64,000 nucleotides of DNA from a virus. The stretch lies in IMG/VR virus record IMGVR_UViG_3300014613_000018, positions 50,502-114,501 of that record; one strand, written 5' to 3'. Of the stretch, positions 8,608-16,894 are shown piece after piece (positions within the stretch are counted from its first letter, which is position 1; each line of letters opens with the position of its first letter). Both the position numbers and the translations under genes were made by a program. Below the pieces are notes generated by a model, which did not search any database, was not told where the DNA came from, and saw only the letters and a list, made by a program, of their open reading frames with translations.

Positions 8608-8997
8608 ATGAATGAAGAAAAGTTTGTACCTACTACCTTAAAGGAATTTAGAATAGGTGCAATTGTAATGTGTGATTTTGGTAATTATCATAGACCTGAG
8701 TTAAGGGTAGGTAAAATTATCAATGAAACTAAAACTCTATGGAAAGTAGAGTTTAAGACTGGTGTATCTAGTTTTGATAAGGTTTCTGGTAGGCTTAAAG
8801 AAGTTCATTGGAATACCCCTTGGTTGGAACCTTATAATGAAGATAAAGTAATTGAACAGAAGAGGCTAAACATGCTAAGTAATTTGAAGTACAAATTGTC
8901 ACAAGGTGAGTTTAACAAGTTAAGTAGTAAAGCCTTAAAGGATATTTGGAGAATCATTTATATTGATCTTGAAATTGTAGGGAAGGATGAAGAATGA
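8608..8997 (+). CDS. hypothetical protein
   Basis: GAAAGGAG RBS; consensus promoter. Confidence 0.8.
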   Translation: MNEEKFVPTTLKEFRIGAIVMCDFGNYHRPELRVGKIINETKTLWKVEFKTGVSSFDKVSGRLKEVHWNTPWLEPYNEDKVIEQKRLNMLSNLKYKLSQGEFNKLSSKALKDIWRIIYIDLEIVGKDEE

Positions 8998-9155
8998 TTG
9001 CTGGCATTCTAGCTTACCTCATTACTGCCTGTGGAATTGCAGCATTTTTCTTCATGTGGATATGGTATGTTACTAAAGAAGAATGGTGTGTAATAGCATC
9101 CTTATACAGCTTGATTATAGGTGCTGTAGTAATGATATTCTCAATGGTAGTATAA
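8994..9155 (+). CDS. 53-aa two-TM membrane protein (not in ORF track)
   Basis: MIAGILAYLITACGIAAFFFMWIW...; ATGA overlap. Confidence 0.6.
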   Translation: MIAGILAYLITACGIAAFFFMWIWYVTKEEWCVIASLYSLIIGAVVMIFSMVV

Positions 9156-9394
9156 TGAGTGTGTTAGTACCTAATCCAATTCTACACACATTGAAAGTAA
9201 AAGCATTTTTGTATGATGCTACTATTTACCCTATCGTTGAAAAGTATGATACTATTGTTGCAGGATTAACATTAGCAGTAATAGTATTGTTTGTAATTGC
9301 AGTAATTTTTATTATACTGTACAAGCAACAAGTAAGTATAACTAAATTTTATAAGGAATGCTTAAATGAAAACTTTGGTTGGTGGAAATGGTAA
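9155..9394 (+). CDS. single-TM membrane protein
   Basis: TAATG overlap; TIVAGLTLAVIVLFVIAVIFIILY. Confidence 0.6.
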   Translation: MSVLVPNPILHTLKVKAFLYDATIYPIVEKYDTIVAGLTLAVIVLFVIAVIFIILYKQQVSITKFYKECLNENFGWWKW

Positions 9395-9458
9395 AGTATA
9401 GTTTACATTAAGTGGTTTAGTGTACAGAATACTTAACATTAAATGAAAGGAAGCTGAA

Positions 9459-9629
9459 ATGAAAGCCCTGAGTAGATTGTCAATTTTTACAGGTAATTTT
9501 GTAGTCTTAGGAGGTATACTTCAAGGATTACAGAAGGTACAATGGATAGCGAGTTTGAATGTGATACTTTGGATACTGATAGGCGTAATAATGATGGCTG
9601 TAGGTGCAATAGTAATATCTCACGAATAG
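9459..9629 (+). CDS. 56-aa two-TM membrane protein (not in ORF track)
   Basis: GAAAGGA RBS; MKALSRLSIFTGNFVVLGG... Confidence 0.65.
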   Translation: MKALSRLSIFTGNFVVLGGILQGLQKVQWIASLNVILWILIGVIMMAVGAIVISHE

Positions 9630-9643
9630 TTTGAAGGTTAAAT

Positions 9644-9679
9644 AAAAACCCTCCGAGATTAATTTCAAGGAGGGTTTTC
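9644..9679. terminator. bidirectional intrinsic terminator
   Basis: AAAAACCCTCC...GGAGGGTTTT between convergent genes. Confidence 0.85.
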
Positions 9680-9691
9680 TGTTAGTGTATA

Positions 9692-9937
9692 TTAAGATGA
9701 AGGATAAGCAAGGTCAAACAGAATACTCAATATAGGTTCAGGATGAAATGCTTCTTGTCTAGGTATAAGTACTGCACTTGGGTTAAGTTTACTATTCTTA
9801 AGTACTTGGTTATAAGTAGTATGCTCACTTTCATTAAACCTATGATACAAAGCCTGTAATTCCTCTTTACTTTCAATTACAATTCTCAATTCAATAGGCT
9901 TAAAGTCTATTTCCTCATTAACAATATTACATTTCAT
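9692..9937 (-). CDS. hypothetical protein
   Basis: AAAGGTGA RBS before MKCNIV. Confidence 0.6.
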   Translation of the reverse strand: MKCNIVNEEIDFKPIELRIVIESKEELQALYHRFNESEHTTYNQVLKNSKLNPSAVLIPRQEAFHPEPILSILFDLAYPSS

Positions 9938-10001
9938 TTTCTCACCTTTCATTTTAAGTGTAAGAGAAGAGCAAGACATTACATCTTACTCTTCTCAATA
10001 T

Positions 10002-10235
10002 TTACTTACTCTTATACTCTACTTTGATACTACCATCAGAATAGGTAGTAATGATTGATACTATTCTCTTGCTACACACTACCAAACCTTTCCGTTCTTG
10101 TATATTTCTAATGTAAACTCCAAGCTGACCTCTTGACATTAATGTTACATTAGGAAGTGGTTCATCTGGATACCTTTGACACAGGTTTCTAATCAAGTTA
10201 ATCTGTTCAGAAGTAGGGCAGTCTGAGTGTGCCAT
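10002..10235 (-). CDS. hypothetical protein
   Basis: ORF with RBS. Confidence 0.65.
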   Translation of the reverse strand: MAHSDCPTSEQINLIRNLCQRYPDEPLPNVTLMSRGQLGVYIRNIQERKGLVVCSKRIVSIITTYSDGSIKVEYKSK

Positions 10236-10251
10236 TACATTTCCCTTCAGA

Positions 10252-10707
10252 TTAGTGTTTCCGCTTCAAGTATCTAACATTACTGGGGGAAGTACCTACA
10301 ATGTAATGTGTATCATTATAACTGACTATACACTCATCATTCTTCATAGGCTTATCACCAAATGCCATAAGATACATTGGTTGGCTATTCTTAGGATTAG
10401 TAAACCTTGCCCATATAATCTGTGCTTTAATTAGATCATACAAATCCTTTAACGATATATCATAGGCAACCATGTAGTACTCATAAGGATGGAATGATTC
10501 AGCATTGTCTACTGCTTTCCACACTTCCAAAAATTGACCACCAATAGGATGCTCAATCATGTGGTAACATTCACATATTTGATAGTTGTCAGTGTTTTGT
10601 ATTTCTTCGAGCAGTACAGGTGGTTTATAAGTGTTTGATTTAATGGTAGTAATACCATCTCTCTGTTTGAAGATACAAGGCTGAGCGATATTGTACCTAT
10701 GATTCAT
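10252..10707 (-). CDS. hypothetical protein
   Basis: ORF with RBS. Confidence 0.7.
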   Translation of the reverse strand: MNHRYNIAQPCIFKQRDGITTIKSNTYKPPVLLEEIQNTDNYQICECYHMIEHPIGGQFLEVWKAVDNAESFHPYEYYMVAYDISLKDLYDLIKAQIIWARFTNPKNSQPMYLMAFGDKPMKNDECIVSYNDTHYIVGTSPSNVRYLKRKH

Positions 10708-10730
10708 GTTAATTTTCCTTTAAGTTAGTG

Positions 10731-10928
10731 TTAAAATCCATAATCTTTCAATTTACCATCTCGTATCAAGGGGTTATCTCCAAAGGTTCCTACCAGTATA
10801 AATTTAGGCTTATTTACTCCTTTCAACTGGTCAATGTGAGTGAGGTAACTGTAAGTACCCTTATGATGTTCACAGTAATGCTTGTACTCTGTGTAAGTAC
10901 CTGTTACAATGAATGTTTGTTTAACCAC
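10731..10928 (-). CDS. hypothetical protein
   Basis: GTG start; operon context. Confidence 0.55.
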   Translation of the reverse strand: MVKQTFIVTGTYTEYKHYCEHHKGTYSYLTHIDQLKGVNKPKFILVGTFGDNPLIRDGKLKDYGF

Positions 10929-10930
10929 TG

Positions 10931-11182
10931 TTACCCTTTCGTTTTTCTAGTGTTACCTCTAAATGGAAACAGAGGACACAGGTTATTATTACATTCTTTT
11001 ACATTACCTTCCCAACCTAAGCATTCCACACAGAACACTTTAATGGCTAAACTTCTAGTATAATTTTTTATTGTTATGTTAGCATCATTGAAAGTCCTGA
11101 CAGTATGTGTAATAGGCCCCTTTCTTTTAGCATTCTTTTTACCTTCAGCAAGTTTAGCAAGATGTTCTTCAGTTAGTTTCAT
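10931..11182 (-). CDS. small Cys-rich protein
   Basis: AIKVFCVEC...C...CPLFPFR. Confidence 0.65.
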   Translation of the reverse strand: MKLTEEHLAKLAEGKKNAKRKGPITHTVRTFNDANITIKNYTRSLAIKVFCVECLGWEGNVKECNNNLCPLFPFRGNTRKTKG

Positions 11183-11183
11183 T

Positions 11184-11519
11184 TTACACCTGTTCCATCT
11201 CAGCTAAGTTCAAGAACTTTTCTATAGTATCATAAGCTCCTCCTCCTTCACTGTAGTAACCATTATGAGATTTATTTTTAGTTTCGTTTCCGAAAGTTAA
11301 GAATTGATGAATTGCACTTCTAACATTGCCGGGAATATTTTTGGAAGTTTCAATATTCTGTTGAAGAATAGCCTTTTGATTAAAGCACACCTTACAAACT
11401 CGTCTATGCTTCCCTCCACAGAACATCTTTTTACAAAGAATACAAGTACAAAGATATTGACCGTTTTCTTGATCAAAATCCTCAGACCAATCTCGGTCAC
11501 TAAATCTAAAGCCTTTCAT
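11184..11519 (-). CDS. zinc-finger hypothetical protein
   Basis: CILC...CKVC. Confidence 0.65.
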   Translation of the reverse strand: MKGFRFSDRDWSEDFDQENGQYLCTCILCKKMFCGGKHRRVCKVCFNQKAILQQNIETSKNIPGNVRSAIHQFLTFGNETKNKSHNGYYSEGGGAYDTIEKFLNLAEMEQV

Positions 11520-11520
11520 T

Positions 11521-12555
11521 TTACACCCTTTCCAATTCTACAAGCATCATTTCTCTAACCTTAAATGAGATGTACTTGTTTATATCTTTAGGAATTAGAT
11601 TGTTTTCAACTAATGTGTCCATTTCTTCCTCTACTATATCTTTAATAACCCACCTTATTACATCTCCCATTTTAGTAATACTTAAATCCCCTTCTCCAAA
11701 TACTTCTTGAATAGCTTGCTGCAATCTATTTTCTGTTACAGCATATTCAACAAATGCTTGAATTGAAGTTATTTTTTCAGTATCTACTTTAGCCAGTGTT
11801 TTCACTCTAGTTACAGAATGCTTTTCACCTTTCACTTTGAACCTAAGGTTACTACCCTCATAATAAGCAGACCATACCACACCTTCACCCACACCATTTT
11901 CGATTCCTAAAGCCCTAGCAACAGGACACTCCTTTTCTACCTTCTCGGTGATTTCAATAAACTTGTTTTGTGCAAGTTGAGGGTTATTAAAGTCTACATC
12001 TACAGAGTATGTTTCAAAGTCTTCCACATTATAGATTCTATATGAGGGGCAATGTAATTTACTAGAATCAATCCAGTAACTAACAAACTCTTCATCGTTA
12101 AGATTAGAAACTTTCACACCAAAGATAAAGAATGATTTCTCTACTTGTGAAATTCCAACGCCCTTCTGAATACCCTTACCTGCCCACTCACCATAAATTG
12201 TAGTGGTGTAAATGCTAGGATCAATATTCTCTTTAAAAATAATTGCATTAAGCATAGTCTGGAAGATGTTTTTATGTGACTCCACAAAGAAGGCAAATCC
12301 TGCATTATCATGCTCCATAGTAATAATGTTCTGACGAGATTGAATCCAGAATCCATCAGTAGTATTATAACTGACTCCAGCATTAGTACCATGTAGTTTA
12401 ACAGTACCCTTAAATGTGATAATAGGTTTAGGAGCATTAGGATTATATGTAGGCTTACCACTTGTATCTAATCCTATAAAAGTTGCACCTTGAATAACTG
12501 TTTTAATAATACTTCTAAATTGATCAATTTTAGGATACTTAATATGCTTCTTCAT
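11521..12555 (-). CDS. RNA ligase, Rnl2-like
   Basis: nucleotidyltransferase motifs KLHGTN, YGEW, FFIFG, EGVV, FKVK. Confidence 0.85.
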   Translation of the reverse strand: MKKHIKYPKIDQFRSIIKTVIQGATFIGLDTSGKPTYNPNAPKPIITFKGTVKLHGTNAGVSYNTTDGFWIQSRQNIITMEHDNAGFAFFVESHKNIFQTMLNAIIFKENIDPSIYTTTIYGEWAGKGIQKGVGISQVEKSFFIFGVKVSNLNDEEFVSYWIDSSKLHCPSYRIYNVEDFETYSVDVDFNNPQLAQNKFIEITEKVEKECPVARALGIENGVGEGVVWSAYYEGSNLRFKVKGEKHSVTRVKTLAKVDTEKITSIQAFVEYAVTENRLQQAIQEVFGEGDLSITKMGDVIRWVIKDIVEEEMDTLVENNLIPKDINKYISFKVREMMLVELERV

Positions 12556-12578
12556 TTCAATTTCCTTTCAAGTTTCAT

Positions 12579-12935
12579 TTAGAGGATGTTAATTTCTACT
12601 TTTTTAATATCCCCACCGGAACCCCACTGCCAGAATTTAGGAAGTTCTACTGCCTTATTAATAACATCTTTGAGTGTGCCTGTAAATATTCCAAGTTGAG
12701 GCATGTAGTGTGACCCACCTAAATCACAATTAGAGTCTTCACCTGTAACTTCCCAAGTACCATACTCATCTATGGTGTGCATTTTTAGTAAAGCCTTGCC
12801 TCTGTAACCTTTAATAAACTTTCTAGCATTACTAGAGGTAAAAGTGTGTTGCTCATTCTCATATCGTTTAGCTTCCAGTTCAGTAGGAAACTCTGTACCA
12901 TCTGAAGTAACATAAGTAATTTTCTGAGTAATCAT
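12579..12935 (-). CDS. hypothetical protein
   Basis: YVTSDGTEF; promoter TTGACA(13011)-17-TATATT. Confidence 0.7.
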   Translation of the reverse strand: MITQKITYVTSDGTEFPTELEAKRYENEQHTFTSSNARKFIKGYRGKALLKMHTIDEYGTWEVTGEDSNCDLGGSHYMPQLGIFTGTLKDVINKAVELPKFWQWGSGGDIKKVEINIL

Positions 12936-13007
12936 TTCAATTTCCTTTCAAGTTTCAGTATCAGCACTATTACTGATGCTAGAATATAAGTGTTATGATT
13001 AGAGTTG

Positions 13008-13400
13008 TCAATAGGTGATTATTTTACCATATTTCACAGCCCAATCATCAGCATTTACAATTTCTATATACTGAACAGGGACAAACACATTGTTTCTAAT
13101 AACATAACAACTTATTCCATTAGAAATTGCTTCAGATACTTCAGCAAAAACACCTTTACCTACATGATTTTGATATTCAGATGCTACAACTATTTTACTT
13201 TTTCTAACAAATTGTAAGCAGCCTTTCATTATCTGCGACCCTGAACTATTAGCCCAAGATTTAGGTCTACTTTTGTTAGGACAAAAGAACTTATATTTAC
13301 TGAAATGTTCTTTGATAAGTTTTGTTTCTTCTGCTTCTCTCTTAGAGTTGTATATCCTCATTGAGTGAGCATAGTAAAGTTGCTGTTTAAACCAAGTCAT
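13008..13400 (-). CDS. nucleoside 2-deoxyribosyltransferase-like protein
   Basis: YYAHS...FCPN...GKGVFAEVSEA pattern. Confidence 0.6.
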   Translation of the reverse strand: MTWFKQQLYYAHSMRIYNSKREAEETKLIKEHFSKYKFFCPNKSRPKSWANSSGSQIMKGCLQFVRKSKIVVASEYQNHVGKGVFAEVSEAISNGISCYVIRNNVFVPVQYIEIVNADDWAVKYGKIITY

Positions 13401-13517
13401 TTTGTTTTCCTTAAAGGTAAGGGTTTATTGATACTGAAGTATAATGTATTTAGGAAGGCTTGTCAAGTGGTAAATGAAAAGAGAGAGAGAATGTAAAGTA
13501 ATCCCCCTCTCTAATGT

Positions 13518-13591
13518 TGGCTGGGGCTAGAAGAATCAAACTCCTGTGACAAGGGCCAAATCCTTGCGTTCTATCACTGAACTAAGCCCCT
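13518..13591 (-). tRNA. tRNA-Gln(UUG)
   Basis: cloverleaf: GGGGCT/AGCCCC acceptor, CAAGG-ATTTGGC-CCTTG anticodon arm, G73, encoded CCA. Confidence 0.85.
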
Positions 13592-13620
13592 ATTAAACTT
13601 TACTAACGGTTACAAGAAGA

Positions 13621-13707
13621 TGGTACTGGAGGAGGGATTTGAACCCTCAATCCCTTTTGGGGCGACTGGGTTTAAACCAGATGTGTATGCCTTTCCACCA
13701 CTCCAGC
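13621..13707 (-). tRNA. tRNA-Leu(UAA)
   Basis: GCTGGAG/CTCCAGT acceptor, TAA anticodon, long variable arm, GGTTCAAATCC T-arm, ACCA end. Confidence 0.9.
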
Positions 13708-13755
13708 ACTGCATCTTCTTATATGTCAATCATCAATAGTCTTTCCGACTCAAGT

Positions 13756-13783
13756 AATATACACATTTTTCAAGGATTGTCAA
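13756..13783 (-). promoter_or_regulatory. tRNA promoter
   Basis: TTGACA-16-TATATT. Confidence 0.7.
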
Positions 13784-13791
13784 GTGCTTGT

Positions 13792-14118
13792 TTAACCATT
13801 ATAGTAAGAATCTTCAATGAATCCTACTTGCCTACCTTCTTTTAGTTCAAACTTAGCATTAACTAGTTCAGTTACTCTTGCAATAAACTGATTTTTAGTT
13901 TCATCCATACCCATACCTTCAACATCAATATAGAAGGCTACGGTATCTTCATTCCAATTACAAAAAATATCTAAACCTGTATTTAAGCCTATACCATTAT
14001 TAGTATCAACTTTTGTAATATCAGTACCTCTTACTTTAGCAATATCTTCCCCCCAAACACCTACTCCAAAGAAACTTGAAGTTGAACTGTTACTCACATG
14101 ACCATACCTTATTTTCAT
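13792..14118 (-). CDS. HVSNSS-motif protein D
   Basis: N-terminus MKIRYGHVSNSSTSSF. Confidence 0.85.
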   Translation of the reverse strand: MKIRYGHVSNSSTSSFFGVGVWGEDIAKVRGTDITKVDTNNGIGLNTGLDIFCNWNEDTVAFYIDVEGMGMDETKNQFIARVTELVNAKFELKEGRQVGFIEDSYYNG

Positions 14119-14132
14119 TTAATTTTCCTTTC

Positions 14133-14387
14133 TTAACACTCATGTGCATAATAGTTTTGAGGAATATTTGCTTCCTTTAGCAAACTCATGTCTAGTATGC
14201 TGTGTTGGGCATCCCCCATAATAAATTGACCATTACTACTAATCCACAAATATCCATCATAAGCTTCAGCATTATGATCTTCTACCATTTTAGTAAGTAT
14301 ATCCTTCTGTTCTTGTGACAGACCGTCTAGCCTACACACAAACGAGCTTGTTGAACTGTTACTTACATGCCCTGTTCTTATTTTCAT
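14133..14387 (-). CDS. HVSNSS-motif protein C
   Basis: N-terminus MKIRTGHVSNSSTSSF. Confidence 0.85.
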   Translation of the reverse strand: MKIRTGHVSNSSTSSFVCRLDGLSQEQKDILTKMVEDHNAEAYDGYLWISSNGQFIMGDAQHSILDMSLLKEANIPQNYYAHEC

Positions 14388-14399
14388 AATTTTCCTTTC

Positions 14400-14999
14400 T
14401 TAATGATGGCTTATACGAATATTAGCTACATTATGCCAATGACTGCCATGCTCAAGTTGACAACCTAATCTTCCATCTTCATCTGCAAAGACAGCATAAA
14501 CTATATGCTTACCTTCAAACTTAGGTCTTTGTTTTTCCATGTATTCTTTAGCTAAATTTAGAGCTATTTGGTTCCACTTAATTTCGTACTTTTCACATGC
14601 TTCGTGGTTATTCCACGCAGGTAAATTATCATAGTAATCTTGATTCAACTTTTGATTAGAGTATATCTGCCGCCAACCAATTTCAATCATAAGTTCTTCA
14701 CAATTTAAGATGTCCTCAATAGTATTTATTGAATAATTTTTCTCTTCATATTCTCCTTTCTCTTCATTCCAGCATTCAGTCTCGTACTCTTCACAAATAC
14801 CTTGCTTAAAGCCTTCACACAAGTCTTCTATTCTAAAAGGGTCATCCCAATATTCTCCTGAAACCCAACCTTCAGTATTGCTTCCAGCATTGTGAAATAC
14901 TTGTTCCTTAATTGCTTCTACCGAATCCAGAGGCTTATCAGTAGCGATAATGAATGAACTGGAGCTTGAATTGCTCACATGTCCAGCACGAATTTTCAT
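14400..14999 (-). CDS. HVSNSS-motif protein B
   Basis: N-terminus MKIRAGHVSNSSSSSF. Confidence 0.85.
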   Translation of the reverse strand: MKIRAGHVSNSSSSSFIIATDKPLDSVEAIKEQVFHNAGSNTEGWVSGEYWDDPFRIEDLCEGFKQGICEEYETECWNEEKGEYEEKNYSINTIEDILNCEELMIEIGWRQIYSNQKLNQDYYDNLPAWNNHEACEKYEIKWNQIALNLAKEYMEKQRPKFEGKHIVYAVFADEDGRLGCQLEHGSHWHNVANIRISHH

Positions 15000-15000
15000 T

Positions 15001-16056
15001 TTAGTTTATCTCCTTAAATATTAGACACTGCCTACAACCATTACAATCCTTACTTGTAATAGACTGTTCTCTCCAATTGTTTAACCTCTCACTGAACCAA
15101 ATATCCTTTACAAAGTCCTCACATTCAAGAACGCTTATTCCTTTTTCCCAACCTTTCTCATTTTCACAGAAGCTACAAGGAAAATATTCTCCATGAACAT
15201 TTACATATGCACTGAACATTCCAAAGCTCTCACAACTTTCAGCAGCTTGTATCATTTCAGTTTTCTTTTCCAAAGGAATACTCATATCCATTACAGCTTT
15301 AACATACTTAGGAGCACTACAGCTATCAAAACCATAAGGTATCTTGTAAGTATCGCAGTAGCCTATTAGCTTACTAAACTCAACTTGACTAAGACTATGA
15401 AACTTACCTTTAGCTCTACCTTTAGGCTTTACTCCGAGGAATACTACTGCATTAAGATCATTAAGCCTTTCATCGGTTCTTATATCATTCAAAACTTCAT
15501 ACACAAAACTTCTACTCTCTTCACTAACAAATAGGTGAATATTAGTCTGTGTAACTCCTCTGTCTAGCATCATTTTAATAGCATTATAAGCTATATTCTT
15601 GTCTCTCTGGTAGACACTGATTGCACAAGCTCCTATCAATGGTGCAACTTCATCAGCAATTTCCGGTGTAAGGTCTACTCCTGACATTGTAAAGTTAGGT
15701 ATAATACCTCTAGCTCTACTTTCCTTTAGCATGGGAATAAAATCAGGATTAGCTTGAACATCTGTAATTCCGAAAGCAATACTATCAAGATTCTTAGAGA
15801 ATTTACTAACAATCTTTTTGAAAGTATCAAGAGTCATGTGAGTACCATTCTCAGCAGTGTTTCCTTTGTAGCAGAATGGACAGTTCATACTACAATCCCC
15901 AACAGATACCTCTAAATCTAATATTTCAGGGCCTACAGGAGAGAATTGAGGGTCTTCCTCTTTAGTCTTTCCCCAACGAGCCATGAAACCACTTTCAGGT
16001 TCAAACACTCTGTTGTAATGAAATGGTTCTGTTATATGCACTCTTTTAACTTTCAT
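15001..16056 (-). CDS. radical SAM enzyme with SPASM/twitch domain
   Basis: CSMNCPFC (CxxxCxxC); C-terminal CES...YVNVHGEYFPCSFC...CNGCRQC. Confidence 0.92.
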   Translation of the reverse strand: MKVKRVHITEPFHYNRVFEPESGFMARWGKTKEEDPQFSPVGPEILDLEVSVGDCSMNCPFCYKGNTAENGTHMTLDTFKKIVSKFSKNLDSIAFGITDVQANPDFIPMLKESRARGIIPNFTMSGVDLTPEIADEVAPLIGACAISVYQRDKNIAYNAIKMMLDRGVTQTNIHLFVSEESRSFVYEVLNDIRTDERLNDLNAVVFLGVKPKGRAKGKFHSLSQVEFSKLIGYCDTYKIPYGFDSCSAPKYVKAVMDMSIPLEKKTEMIQAAESCESFGMFSAYVNVHGEYFPCSFCENEKGWEKGISVLECEDFVKDIWFSERLNNWREQSITSKDCNGCRQCLIFKEIN

Positions 16057-16525
16057 TTTCAGTATCTCTTTTGTAATAATCAGAGATAGGTTCTGTTCTC
16101 ATAATTGGGCCTTTTTGTTCAAGTTCTTCTAATAGCCTATCGTTACGACCTTTCCAAATTAGTGATTGTCCAGTGTTTCGTACAAAAATTATATCTTGAG
16201 ACTTACCATCCCAAAACACTTCCTCAGAACCATAATGACAACACCCGTGAAACGGGATTTTATATTGAATTAGAATAGTAAATACTTCATCGTGGTTTAT
16301 TAGATGGTGATATGCAAAATTATGTCCGTCTTCATCCCACCGATCAATTCCTGCTTCTATCTGCTGAGGAAATGAAACCCAAGTTCTCTTAAACCCTGTT
16401 GTTTCAAGAGCATATATCTGTTCGTCTGTAAGGTGTGGTTCTCTGCTCGAGTCTAGCCAATCACAATAGTTTATTATAAAACTTGAAGTACTACTATTGC
16501 TGACATGACAAGCTCTAGTTTTCAT
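16046..16525 (-). CDS. HVSNSS-motif protein A
   Basis: N-terminus MKTRACHVSNSSTSSF. Confidence 0.85.
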   Translation of the reverse strand: MKTRACHVSNSSTSSFIINYCDWLDSSREPHLTDEQIYALETTGFKRTWVSFPQQIEAGIDRWDEDGHNFAYHHLINHDEVFTILIQYKIPFHGCCHYGSEEVFWDGKSQDIIFVRNTGQSLIWKGRNDRLLEELEQKGPIMRTEPISDYYKRDTENES

Positions 16526-16558
16526 TATTTCATTTTCCTTTCAGTTTGAGTTTCAATG

Positions 16559-16587
16559 AATATACATCTTAAAACTTAGATTGTCAA
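16559..16587 (-). promoter_or_regulatory. promoter of radical SAM/HVSNSS operon
   Basis: TTGACA-17-TATATT, then GAAAGGA RBS. Confidence 0.8.
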
Positions 16588-16591
16588 GTGC

Positions 16592-16894
16592 CTATTCACC
16601 ACAGCTACAACAGTCAGTATCTACAGGAAAAGGTTGACTATCATATTTAATATCTTCTTTAGTAGGCTCTTCTACACAGTCTAGTCTAACAGGCTTAGTA
16701 TTTCTCACAATTACAGTACCATCAATCTCAAGTGAGTCTATTAATTGATGAATTAGTTCTAATGTAAAATCTACTGAAGCAACCTCTGAGTCTAAATCTA
16801 AAATAAATTCTTGTATCTCTGGTTCATCTAGTATATCAGCTATATTGTCAACTAAATTTTCTGTATCTAGTGTACTCCAAATACTAATTTTCAT
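16592..16894 (-). CDS. acidic hypothetical protein
   Basis: AAGGAG RBS before MKISIW. Confidence 0.65.
   Translation of the reverse strand: MKISIWSTLDTENLVDNIADILDEPEIQEFILDLDSEVASVDFTLELIHQLIDSLEIDGTVIVRNTKPVRLDCVEEPTKEDIKYDSQPFPVDTDCCSCGE

Noticed and set aside
13792-16525. Diversity-generating retroelement or recent DNA duplication explaining the HVSNSS repeats
   Set aside because: No reverse transcriptase; differences are mostly synonymous rather than adenine-specific; similarity is limited to about 16 codons
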